A DNA stretch of 63,235 bases, the filler included, from Choristocarpus tenellus KU-1152 (Eukaryota > Protista > Phaeophyceae), in assembly GCA_964200185.2 (NCBI GenBank). It is 14 parts of 14 records of this genome, joined end to end, with 100 filler letters (N's around TTAATTAATTAA, not from the genome) between each part and the next. Parts side by side here need not be neighbours in the genome. Positions count along the whole stretch, not along the records: positions 37,681 to 42,318 come from CAXNAD020013685.1; positions 42,419 to 48,292 come from CAXNAD020009540.1; positions 48,393 to 51,230 come from CAXNAD020024306.1; positions 51,331 to 54,486 come from CAXNAD020021900.1; 10 more parts are not named here. The stretch is one strand, 5' to 3'. How positions within the stretch are numbered: the stretch's first letter is position 1; each line of letters begins with the position of its first letter. A program made the translations under genes and the position numbers. Below are positions 40,601-51,650 of this stretch, in pieces. The notes under the pieces were generated by a model. It did no database searches. It saw only the letters and a program-made list of their open reading frames with translations, and was not told the origin of the DNA.

Positions 40601-41124
40601 TAGAGCCGCCTCACCATATTCCGCATTCGATATCAAACCCCCTTTGTTTTGGATATCAGCACGGATAGTCCTTTCTGTGAGACCTAATTATTTTCATCCA
40701 AGGAGGATCCAGGTTGACAACTGTTGATGTTGCATTCAATAGAGTTTCTACCTTAGGTGATAGTGTGTCTGCAGCCGCTATTGGGGGACCTCAAACACCC
40801 TCCCATGCCCCGTCCTCTATCGTATGTATGTGCGCATGATAGGTATTGGGAGTGTTCTGTGCTGGAACCAGACATGCCCGGTGGTCACTGCCGCCTGGGC
40901 TGGACCCTCCAGACGGGAAATCTCCAGGCGCCAGTGGGGTATGACAAGTCCAGCTATGCCTACCGAGATATCTCAGGATCAAAGGCAAGTCTGGCAAGCT
41001 TTTGGCTGTCCTCTTTCCCCCCCCTCCCTTTCTATTTTTGTCATTTGCCAAAACCATGTACTGTATGCCATGTTGCCCCCCCTCCTACCCAACACACTCA
41101 ACAAAACTCAAAAATATGTACTTC

Positions 41125-41165
<41 letters not shown>

Positions 41166-42236
41166 AGTGTGAGTGTATGCGTATCCTCCCATAGATTGAC
41201 AGGCCGTGACAAACAGAATTTGATGTTTATGTTTATGTTGGTTGAATTTTTTCGACTGGGTATGACTCGTGAATGAAAATTTACCAACCTCTGCTGTACC
41301 TGCAACAACCCCTCTCTCCCCGTATTTCCTGATAACACTCATAAAAAATATAACAGGTACATGAAAGCCTTCGGACAGATAATTATGGGGAGGCGTGGGG
41401 ACCCGGAGATGTGATTGGCTTCCTCATCAGTGTCACGCCCTTGGGGCAGGAGGAGGCCTGGTGAGTTTAGTAGGTGAATTTTTTTGTGTTCTAATCTTGT
41501 TCACCATCTTTGCCCCATTTTTTGTCCAATTGTGTATGCATCTTTTGATTATCTTGTGTATTGTTTGGGATTTGTTCCACTTCCAGTGTGCCTCGATTTT
41601 GAGTACTTTTTGCAGGCAGTTCAGTAGAGCTCTGGCATCTGCTCACACTGTGGCAATTTTTGCTTGCATTGATCTACTACTGCAGAGAAGAACTTCTGTT
41701 TACTATGAGTTTTTTTTTCTTTCTCTTTTCTGTCCCATTTATGTCTTGCTGATGTCTGTTAAGATCCTTGTTTTGTTTTTTCCAGGTATTCTAAAAGGGA
41801 TTCATTTTGGCATGAAATTCTGGTACGGAGTATCTATCAACAATCTAAGAGGTGGCACCCCTTCCGTCCTGATCATCACCCACTAAAAATCTTCCACTTG
41901 TTATTCCCACCTGAAAAAAAATCCTCCCTCCCCCCCCCCCACCTTACTCATCTCGAATTTCATACTCTTTCCCATCTCCAAAAAACCCACAACCCTGGCT
42001 CTGGTCATGATACACGTGTTACACTAGTGATCCAGTGCGGGATCCCAACAAACTTGGAGGAACAGAGGATGCAGGGGGCAAGGGCAAGGGTGGTGGAATG
42101 GGTGTAGGAGGGGGGGGTTATGGCGGGGCTGCAAGCAGTGGCAGTTCTGGGACAGGTGTGGGGGTGGGCTCCAACGAGATACGTTTTTTCAAGAACGGGA
42201 TGGACCAGGGGGTGGCATTCTCAGGAATTGAACCAG
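37695..42236 (+). CDS. SPRY-domain COMPASS/Set1 complex subunit, ASH2L/Bre2/TRAUCO-like (partial)
   Basis: Exons 37695-37838 (basic NLS-like), 39890-39963 (GFRMARATHGV), 40843-40984 (YWE..HCRLGW..LQAPVGYDKSSYAYRDISGSK), 41357-41460 (VHE..YGEAWGPGDVIG) and ~42036-42236 (IRFFKNGMDQGVAF). Some junctions unresolved. Confidence 0.88.
38770..38955 (+). mobile_element. MITE family copy (left TIR degenerate), intronic
   Basis: Aligns by eye with 55167-55348. Confidence 0.8.
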
Positions 42237-42702
42237 GTGACTAAGATAGTTTCCTCGTGTGAATTCGAGGGGAGAGGGGGGGGGGGGGTGGAACATGCAA
42301 GTATCCATTGTAGTAGAGNNNNNNNNNNNNNNNNNNNNNNNNNNNNNNNNNNNNNNNNNNNNTTAATTAATTAANNNNNNNNNNNNNNNNNNNNNNNNNN
42401 NNNNNNNNNNNNNNNNNNCAGCTTGGTCTTGTTTTTTTTTTTTTGTTGGTTTTTTGAGCATTTATGGGCCCCCCCCCCCCCCCCTCCCGCCCCCCCCCCC
42501 CAGATACTTTTGAGCCTAGATCATCTTAATCTACCCGTCACTCTTCCTTAACCCTACTAAGTTGGAAATCGTAGTCCCAGAGAGTGCTTGGTTGGTCATG
42601 TTCGCCCTTGGTTTGCCTTCTTAGATTGAAGGGCTCCTGTTCTGCACCCATGGATGCAATAAAAAAAAAAAATCTCATTGCTTGTCTTCTTCGGATGGTC
42701 AG

Positions 42703-45700
42703 GCTCTAGCACTCAAAGATGACACCACTCTGGGCCGAGACCTGGTTGGTTTCCTGGATGATACCTGCAGATTGAGGTGTGTTGTGTAGGGCTTGCCTGG
42801 GGGCTCTGAGCAGGGTGTTTTGAATTCGGAAGTTACCATTGCTTGGGATATATGGTGTGTGTGTCACAGCTACCTGGACTTGCGACTTACTGTGTGTGTG
42901 TTTAATGTGGCTAATCTAGGATCATTGTAGGTCTTACTTTTGATCAAGTTTGAGGCTAACTTTGTTGTTCGAGGCTAACTTTGTTGTTCGAGGCTTCACT
43001 GTTGGTTGAGGCTAACAATGTTGTTCGAGGATAACTTTGTTGTTTGAGGCTAACTTTGTTTTTCGAGGCTTCACTGTTGGTTGAGGCTAACATTGTTGTT
43101 TGAGGCTAACTTTGTTGTTCGAGGCTTCACTGTTGGTTGAGGCTAACATTGTTGTTCGAGGATAACTTTGTTGTTTGAGGCTAACTTTGTTGTTCGAGGC
43201 TTCACTGTTGGTTGAGGCTAACATTGTTGTTCGAGGCTAACTTTGTTGTTCGAGGCTAACAATGTTGTTCGAGGCTAACTTTGTTGTTCGAGGCTAACAA
43301 TGTTGTTCGAGGCTAACTTTGTTGTTCGAGGCTTACACTGTTGTTTGAGGCTAACAATGTTGTTCGAGGATAACTTTGTTGTTTGAGGCTAACAATGTTG
43401 TTCGAGGCTAACATTGTTGAAATAGTTTTTTTGTAATTTAAGTATTCATCTTCTGGTGAGATTTTGGTTGGAGCTCTGAGGATCCCGACAAAGAGATCTG
43501 CAGCCCTCCCTCCCTTTCCTGTTTTGTAGAGAATCAGAAAGGTGATAGTAACATCGATTTGTGTCCTGTTGTGTGAGCGCTAGCACCACGAATGTATGAC
43601 CTGTTTGTACAAACAATCTGTGAACTGCTCCAGTGTGTTGTACTTGATTGAAATGGTGCCAAGATCCCTCGTGGGTGTAAGTGCTGCAGTCAAGCTTTTG
43701 ACCTATCAAGGACCCTTGCGTTAATTGTTGTGAGGTTGTCTTGAGCGTGTTTGTTGTCTGTATAGATTGACTTCTTTCTTCAGTCTTTCTGTTCTATACA
43801 AAATGGAATTGTTGTAGTACTTGGAGGGCCAACCAAGAAATCCAGAGGTGAAACATACAAACAAGAATATTTTGGACTAGTGGGCCTACTGGTATTTAAC
43901 GACCCTATCAAGGGAGGTTATGTAGACATTCCTGTAGATCGAGCTAGCCCTGGCAACTAGTCCTTATTAAAGAAATTGTAGTATACATTCACCCTTCAGT
44001 CTATTAACCCTTAGTTTCTCATGACAGAGAGATAGGGAGGAAGGAGAGAGAGTATCACGCACGGTGGTTAATTGGAGGGGGAGGGGGGGGGAGGGGGAAC
44101 ACCTACTGCCACACAGCAGAGCTGTTTTTGTGACCTAAGTTTGAATGCCTCACTAATAATAATTTACAACATACATATATTTTTAGCTTTTTTCCATAAC
44201 TCTAACCCAATTTTTCTACTAGTAGTGTATCGTTTGATTTCTAAGGTTACTTCAGACATGGCTTGCAACACCCCTACCTGTCTGTCTGGGGGTCCTTGGG
44301 GTTGTCGCCGACTGTTTCAACTCTCTGAACCATATATATACATATATATAAATATATAAATATAAATATAAATATATTTTGCACCTGTACGGTGGAATCA
44401 GTTTTTTTTTTTTTCAAACATAATTATCATATTCGTTCCTTCTATGTGTTTGAAACAGTGACGGAATGATGTGATGATTCATACTTGTGGGCACGTGAAG
44501 TAGTTGATGATAGGGGTAGGGTTAGGGTTAGGGTTAGACAGACCGCCTTAGTAGCGGAAGTCTGCACCTACTGTCAAGTGTGTGTGCTCACCGTATGTGT
44601 TCTTGACTGTTTTCGGGCTCTATACAGTTACGTCGGTTTCTATTTTTTTGTTTGGAAGGAGTTGTCTTTGTGTTTTCGAATGTGGTACAGTTGCTGTTGA
44701 TGTATTATGCGTTGGAAGGGCTTTAATGTAAGAAATTCAGACTCTTGTTGCTTTTTTGTTTTATTGCATTCCAGTCCCTTTTATACTGCCCCTTGCCCCT
44801 CCTCCTATGAGAACACGTATACAATATCTGTGGGCATAAGTATATTTTGGGTTGATTTATAGTTTTTGGAGTATTATAAAATTCTCCAGTGTTATTTCTG
44901 ACGTTGCTGGTCACTTGGGAGGGTGGGGTGGGGGGGGGGGGGGGGGGGCAGGAGAAAACCCTTTAATGTCAGAATTCTTGTTTTCATGTATTTAGTAACA
45001 AATATGGTTAAACAACATTTTTTTTGTTTTTTGTGAAAGGGTGAATATAAAGGCTCGAGTCTATAGATGATGATGCCATCCCAACAAATGTGCACATACT
45101 AGTGTGGCATGTTTGGGAGGGTATCAGATATATTCTCAAGGGCAACCCAACTTGACCTATCGCATGTTGTGTATTATCGTCCCTCTACCGTCTTCACTGT
45201 AGATGCCCTGGAGCCATTGGACATTCAATCATCTCTGAGATGATCACCAGTATGTATGTTTGTCGAAGAACTGGGAAATTATTAGTTTGGCAAACCCTTA
45301 ACCCTGAGATTGATCCTGAAAATGGGGGAGAAGCTATGGTGTCTGTAGGAGATGACAAGACTATTTTCCTTTCGCCAGATGGTGCCTGTTGTTTGTTTTA
45401 AGCTTGTATTGTGCCCCGTGCAGTACTTACTTACCCCATCGCTGATCCTGTTCAGTAATTGAATCAAACTCCGCATAGAAATAGTGTTGCGAGGCGTTCT
45501 ATTGGCTCAATGCGTCGTAGAAGGCATCTGATTGGCTCACTGTATTGTATTTTCCTCACTGTTGGTGTAAGTGTTCGTCTTCATGGATGGTCCCCTACCC
45601 CCTCAACTTTTGTTTGCTGTTATTTTCATGTAAGAATATAAATATATATATATATATACATATGGTGAGTATCGAACCCTCTTATTTATTTCAAGCTTAA

Positions 45701-47350
45701 AGATAAGACCAACAACTATGTTCGATGGTGCTGCGTTTGGATTGTCTCCGTTGTTGCTGTGATAGTATGATAGTCTTCTTGTACCTTGTCCTGTACTCCA
45801 TTCGATGGAGATGTAACTCACTGATTGCAACTTGGACCCAAAGTATCCGTGGGGGGGAGGGTGGCCTACACCAGGCTGTCCATTTTGGGTCATAACCAGG
45901 AAAAGTGCACCTACATTATCCATCCGATGTATGCAACCAAATCATCCAAAAATTCGTGATATGAAAAATTTGACCCCAAATGGGCAGCCGTCACCCCCCC
46001 CTCCCCCCAAGATACTTTGAGCCTTGTTGATATCCTCTTTTGCATATGCTTGTGGCAGGTGGCTGCCACTGGATGGATTGACCCACCCAGAGCAGTTATC
46101 GATATTTCTCAACCTGTACCATGTGATGCTCCTCCATTCCTATTTCCTCTTGGGACCTCCTGGCAGTCCTCTCAGGTAAGGAATATTGGATTGGAGATAA
46201 ACATCGTGTCTTGCTACATCAAGTCACCTTCTGTATATTCCGGGTAATGTAAATCAGCTGATTGGAATCATCCAATGGGATAATAATATGTGTATGATGT
46301 GCGGGTTTGTGACTGTTGATCATATTTTTATATTTTTCTAGGTTCTTGACGTCTCAAGAGTAATCAATCAAGTTGTTGCTCTATAGGTGGAGTAGGTGTT
46401 TTTTTTTTCTTTGGTAGAGGGGGATATGATTTGACCATGCGATTTTTGCAGAGTAAGTCGGATTTGATGTGGAAAATGCAGGGCAGGCATCATAGGACAT
46501 GTTCAGGGGGATCCATCAAATGTAGACATTGAGATGTGTGTTTGTCCCCTCCACCGTTTCAAAGGATGGGTGTGTGGTATTTCCTTGCCTCCTCCTGGTC
46601 CATGCAGTCAACCTTTCTACCATACTGCAGCTGGGTGAAGTTGCCACAGCTGCCTGGTTGATACAACCAGCATGAAGAAGGCGTACGACCTCGAAGTCGA
46701 TGGGTTAGGGTTAGGGCTATTAATTAAAAAATAATCGCTCGCGATAGTTCAAACGGATCACAAGAAGAGTTTGAGTTTAGAGCTAGCTCTATGCGAAAAT
46801 GTTTTGTACTGTGCCTCCCTCTTGGTGAACAAGGGATCAAAAAGCACACTTGCAGCGAGCATCAAGGGTGGTGTACCACCTGCTGCTCTCAACCCTCGAC
46901 TCAATGTTAGGGTTAGGGTTGGGGATAGGTTCCCACGCTACGGGCATTACCCATCGTGGGAGGGTGAAGTGCATTAGAGAAATGCTGTTTACTTCTAGGC
47001 GGCGTCTATCTCTTCTTGTCCTGTTGACCTGCCCACTGGGATGCGTGTATCACCCACTTTTGTGCACAGGGCGACTAGCTATTTCACCACCCTCTGCTAT
47101 GAAGTCGGCGGAGACGTGCTATCGCTGGCAGAGCTGGAGCATTGTGTGCTCCGTTCGAAGATGAGCTCCCCCAATCAAGTGAGTGTCTTGTGCCTCAGAA
47201 GTGACCGACCCTGTGACAGTCAACATTTACTTCCATTGGAGCACTGAATGGAGACCAGCATGGAGGGTAGTTTTGGTTGTGTTTCAATTCCTTGGACCTC
47301 TCAGCGATTTAATCGATATTACTCTCAGCGATGAACTTAGGCTGTGTTGA

Positions 47351-47440
<90 letters not shown>

Positions 47441-47847
47441 GCAACTATTATTATTATTCATCGCATTAGAGGCACTGGTGAGGCAATGAACTTAGGCTGT
47501 GAGGCAATGAACTTAGGCTGTGTACACATATTTGAACGTCCTGTGACGTTTGTGAATGTAGCTCAGTGCCAGAGTTGTCCTGGAGTACTTTGCACGGGAG
47601 ATCGTCGCCCCGTAGCGGTGTGAATTCATCCCATGCTTGCCCCGCCTCCACCCACCCTTGCTATCCCTGTCCATGCTGTCCTTTTGCTCCCGCTGCCTGC
47701 TCTCCATGGGTGTGGATTCAAGTTCATCTCCCGATTGGTGATACCCACCTCTGAATATTCCTTCGCATTGCGGCGGCCAGATCGTAGGGTCAACTTTGCA
47801 CTAAACTGTGGGAGCTCCAGCTGCCCTCCAGGGATAGCAATCTACAC
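42703..47847 (+). CDS. DUF547-domain protein, internal exons
   Basis: Exons 42703-42776, 46059-46175 (EQLSIFLNLYHVMLLH), 47070-47178 (YEVGGDVLSLAELEHCVLR) and 47723-47847 (DRRVNFALNCGSSSCP) join in phase and carry the DUF547 motifs. Confidence 0.88.
42952..43420. repeat. 18/19-bp minisatellite (GAGGCTAACTTTGTTGTTC and variants), ~25 copies, intronic
   Basis: Direct reading; a few unit variants recur in blocks. Confidence 0.95.
45835..46023 (-). mobile_element. Complete MITE, TIR GRCYCAAAGTATC + G-run, TSD TTG
   Basis: ttg|GACCCAAAGTATC...GATACTTTGAGCC|ttg. Confidence 0.88.
47352..47458. repeat. (TAT)n microsatellite
   Basis: Direct reading. Confidence 0.97.
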
Positions 47848-50479
47848 GTGAGGATTGTAGTTACAATACTTACCGCTCTATGCCCGCTTGACTAGCCCTG
47901 GACGCTGTTGGTTGTGGAATATGTGCAGGGGTTCCTCCAGCTGTCCTCTGGAGGACCTAAGCAAAGATCAGGGGCCTGACGGTGCTACATTCCTTATTCG
48001 TGCGGACTTTGTTCTATTGGGTCCTAACTTCTGTGGCGGTAGTACCACTACTAACGCGAAAATATGCACTAAGTAGATAGTGTTGATGCTCACTTGAGGG
48101 CATGTATGCATATGAAATGGTTTTGCGTTAGCTATTGGATGGCCAAACTTTCTAAATGTGTTTGGAAAATAGATGCTTGGAAGTAGAACGTTCCGTCCGT
48201 TCCAGACTTGGAATGCGTTGGATTGCGTAGCTCTGATTTATTGTGCGTGGTCAACTCGTTTTTTTTTTTTTGTTGCACGTGTGCGTACCAGGNNNNNNNN
48301 NNNNNNNNNNNNNNNNNNNNNNNNNNNNNNNNNNNNTTAATTAATTAANNNNNNNNNNNNNNNNNNNNNNNNNNNNNNNNNNNNNNNNNNNNCGAAACGG
48401 ACGCCCCCTCACAAACCACCCCCTCCCCCCAGATACTTTGACCCAGGACCCGTAATTAGTTGTTCTTGTTGATGTAGGTAGCATGTGCTTACTGTGTGCA
48501 CCTCTAAAGTGGTCGTGGGAGTTTCGGGAATTTCGTAGTCCCTCCTTGTGATCTCGCACAATCCCCTTCCAAGCGTGGCCTACCAACGAAAGTCTACAAA
48601 TGTACCAGGTCTCCAATTACTGTCCTGCAGTCCCCGTCCAGACAGCAAGTTTCTTTAGATTGATCTCCATACTATTTAGGATCACAATCTGTGCAACTAC
48701 CCTTGGAAAGTATTGCTACTTGATCAGTAGTGAAGACAAGAAGGTGTGGAGCCTCACACAACCCCCTTTCCTGAACATTAAGAGAATGCGTGAATGAAAT
48801 TAGAAGAGTGACCTTGTGGGGTGTCTTCTTAGTGCTTGTTTTTTAATATTAGTGTTTTATACGTAAGTCAACGGCTATGCCAGAGTAGTTTAAATGCAAT
48901 GTCAAACTCCATATATAATCTGGGTGTACTATATCATTAGTTATATCACATGGACTCAATCCAATGCTATAATCTCATATACACAAAAACAAGGTACACC
49001 TTTTGATTGTCCTATTTTGCACCGTCTTTTCCATCCTTAAACTGTTTCTTACAGAATCTACTTCTACAAATGAAAAAAAGCATGTTCTTAACACACAGCC
49101 CCCCCCTGCCCCTTCAATTTTACTTGTATCCTCTAGAGTTTCTTTATTTCTTTGTTATTATGTCCTTGCCCCTATGCACCCACATATAGAATTTGAATAT
49201 TGTCCATTTTGAGGGGGCAGGTCGAAGGTTGCAAAAGTAGTTCGTCAAGGTAGTTGCTTTCCAACCCCACTCTCTCACGCCTTAAGAAATCCTTCACCTC
49301 ACTGGAGGCAAAGTGCGTGGACAGAGAAGCCACTAGAGTCGCGTTTGTTTAGGAAGCTCAAGCAACAAGTGAAAAATCGATCCTCCTCTCCTTCTCAAAA
49401 AAGTGGTGTTTGCACAATTTGTAAAGCTCCACTTCGCTTTGCAATATAGATATGTCCGAGTAGTGGCTACCATTTGATGCCAACTGGTGGGTATGTAACT
49501 ATCGTCACATGCACACTTTCTGTTCTACCTGCAGCTTAAACATTCTGTCAAACACTATTGAGGGATGGTTAGGCAGAAGGTGGCTTATATTCTTTGCGGT
49601 GTCTGTCAGGGCCCTAGCTTGTCGGCCACTTTGAAGTTCGAGTTCCGCACACACCCCACTGTTACACATATGTAAGAAAACTTAGCGGTTTTGTTTCTAC
49701 ATAGGCAGGCATATGCCACCCTGTCCTACATAGGCTCAGCCCCAACCTACCCCTTACCTCCTATTGCTGTGCGAGCACCATAGCTGCTAGCTAATGCAGC
49801 TTCTCAGCCCAAGCAACCAATAACGGGTTCCGCTGAATTTTAAGGGCTCCTCTGACATTCTGATGGTATACGCTTTTGTAACACACAGTCCACAGGTGTA
49901 GACTGCATTTTGGCTGATTTATAAGTACATCGAGTTTGTAGAAGCAAAATATCCTTATTACACCATTTTTCGAGATTTTCATATTCTTAGAGCAAAATCC
50001 CTTACAACTCGAAACGACGAAAACACACACCCCTCCTGGTTACTCTTGACTATCTCTCCTCTTCTTCCCTCTGTGCCTTTCCCCATTGCACTGCTTGCTG
50101 GAGCATTGTGACTGTTAATTGGCCGAATTTCTCCTTATCATCTTCCCCCTCCCCAGAAATACCCCCGCGGGCTTTCCCAGGCATAAGCCCCCGTTTTTGG
50201 TACAGTCCAGCTGATGCTCATGGAGAATTTGAATTTCCATCTTCCTTGTTTAAATGTCAAGGACTAATAGCTCACAGGATCCCGTGTTCAAGTTGCAAGA
50301 GCTAAATCTGTCCATAAATTGGTAGAGAGACGATGAGAGGAGAGAGGAGATGTTAACAAGAACAGGGCATTGCTAATCATCGATTGTAGCTAGCTCTGAG
50401 TGACGTGTATCCTTAACAGACTGTATGGTGGTGCATATATTTTAAAAACTTGATGTTCACATTCGGTATTTGTAGATAT

Positions 50480-50559
50480 GACCAGGTGTCCGAGCGGTCT
50501 AAGGAGCTGTGTTAAGGCCGCAGTGTGAAAACGCGTGGGTTCGAATCCCACCCTGGTCA
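50480..50559 (+). tRNA. tRNA-Leu(AAG), intronless
   Basis: Acceptor GACCAGG/CCTGGTC, discriminator A; anticodon arm CTGTG-TTAAGGC-CGCAG; long variable arm; T arm GTGGG-TTCGAAT-CCCAC; T5 Pol III terminator at 50565. Confidence 0.95.
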
Positions 50560-50816
50560 ATATGTTTTTCTTCGTTAAATCCACTCAGAACATGTTTGTG
50601 TTTTTAGTTCTGTGAATTGAAAGAATTTTCAACCATGAACAAATCGCCTGGAAAAAAGTCGATTTGTCGAATTCAATCGAATTGAACTGCAGAAGCACGA
50701 TACCATTGATATGCACGAATCACTATCAATCACCAACTGGCCATTGTCCCTGGAACGCAAAGCTCCAAACCCTCAAAACGTCTATCAACAGATCTGAACC
50801 CTTGAACAGTGCAGTT

Positions 50817-50978
50817 GTCTCAAAGTATCTGGGGGGGAAGGGGGTCTACACCAGGGTGTACATTCAGCTGTTGACCAGGAAAAGTGCACTTACATTACAT
50901 TATCCATCCGACGCATGCAATCAAATCACACAAAAATTGCGACATGAAAAAATGGGCCCCGAATGGACAGCCACCATC
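50817..50978 (-). mobile_element. MITE family copy (one end truncated)
   Basis: GTCTCAAAGTATCTGGGG followed by the reverse-orientation internal body. Confidence 0.8.
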
Positions 50979-51077
50979 TGTCACTTGCTCACGACTGATA
51001 GGGATGCGGGGAGGGGAGGTCAAGTTTGGGCGGGGTGAATGTCTTATAGCTCGAAGGTATGGTATGAAGTGGATGAT

Positions 51078-51230
51078 GGGTCAAAGTATCTGGGGGAGGA
51101 GGCGGCTGTCCATTTCGGGCCAATTTTTTCATGTCGCGATTTTTGGGGGATTTGGTTCCATACGTTGGATAGATAATGAAAGTGCACTTTTCCTGGTTAT
51201 GGTCCAAATGGACACTCTGGTGTAGACCCC
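51078..51230 (+). mobile_element. MITE family copy cut by contig end
   Basis: GGGTCAAAGTATCTGGGGG..GGACACTCTGGTGTAGACCCC. Confidence 0.85.
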
Positions 51231-51330
51231 NNNNNNNNNNNNNNNNNNNNNNNNNNNNNNNNNNNNNNNNNNNNTTAATTAATTAANNNNNNNNNNNNNN
51301 NNNNNNNNNNNNNNNNNNNNNNNNNNNNNN

Positions 51331-51650
51331 GTCTCTTCATTCTTAAATTGTTTCTTCTACAGAATCTTCTTTTACACATGAATAAAAAGCATATTCTTAA
51401 CATGGTGAAAGGCTTACAATCTTTCGTAGGTTCTATGAACTTTGTCAAGAACTACATTCCTCACCTAGCAATAGCAACAGAACCGTTAGTTGAATTGATT
51501 CACAATACACAAAGAGAGATCAATGTGATATCTCATCTAGATGGAATCGATCACAGCAAACTGCTTCTGACAAGTGCAAACGGCTTTTTAATCATGGCTC
51601 CAGTTCTACACTCCCCTGATTTTTTTAAGGAATTTTTTATACATGCCAGT
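51331..51650 (+). mobile_element. Ty3/Gypsy RT-RNase H connection remnant fused to a probable LTR end
   Basis: VKGLQSFVGSMNFVKNYIPHLA..PL and APVLHSPDFFKEFFIH are typical Gypsy pol motifs; 51331-51401 (ending TAACA) is similar to 49024-49092. Confidence 0.7.

Noticed and set aside
42952-43420. CRISPR-like regular array
   Set aside because: Head-to-tail 18/19-nt units with no unique spacers; eukaryotic intron; no cas genes.
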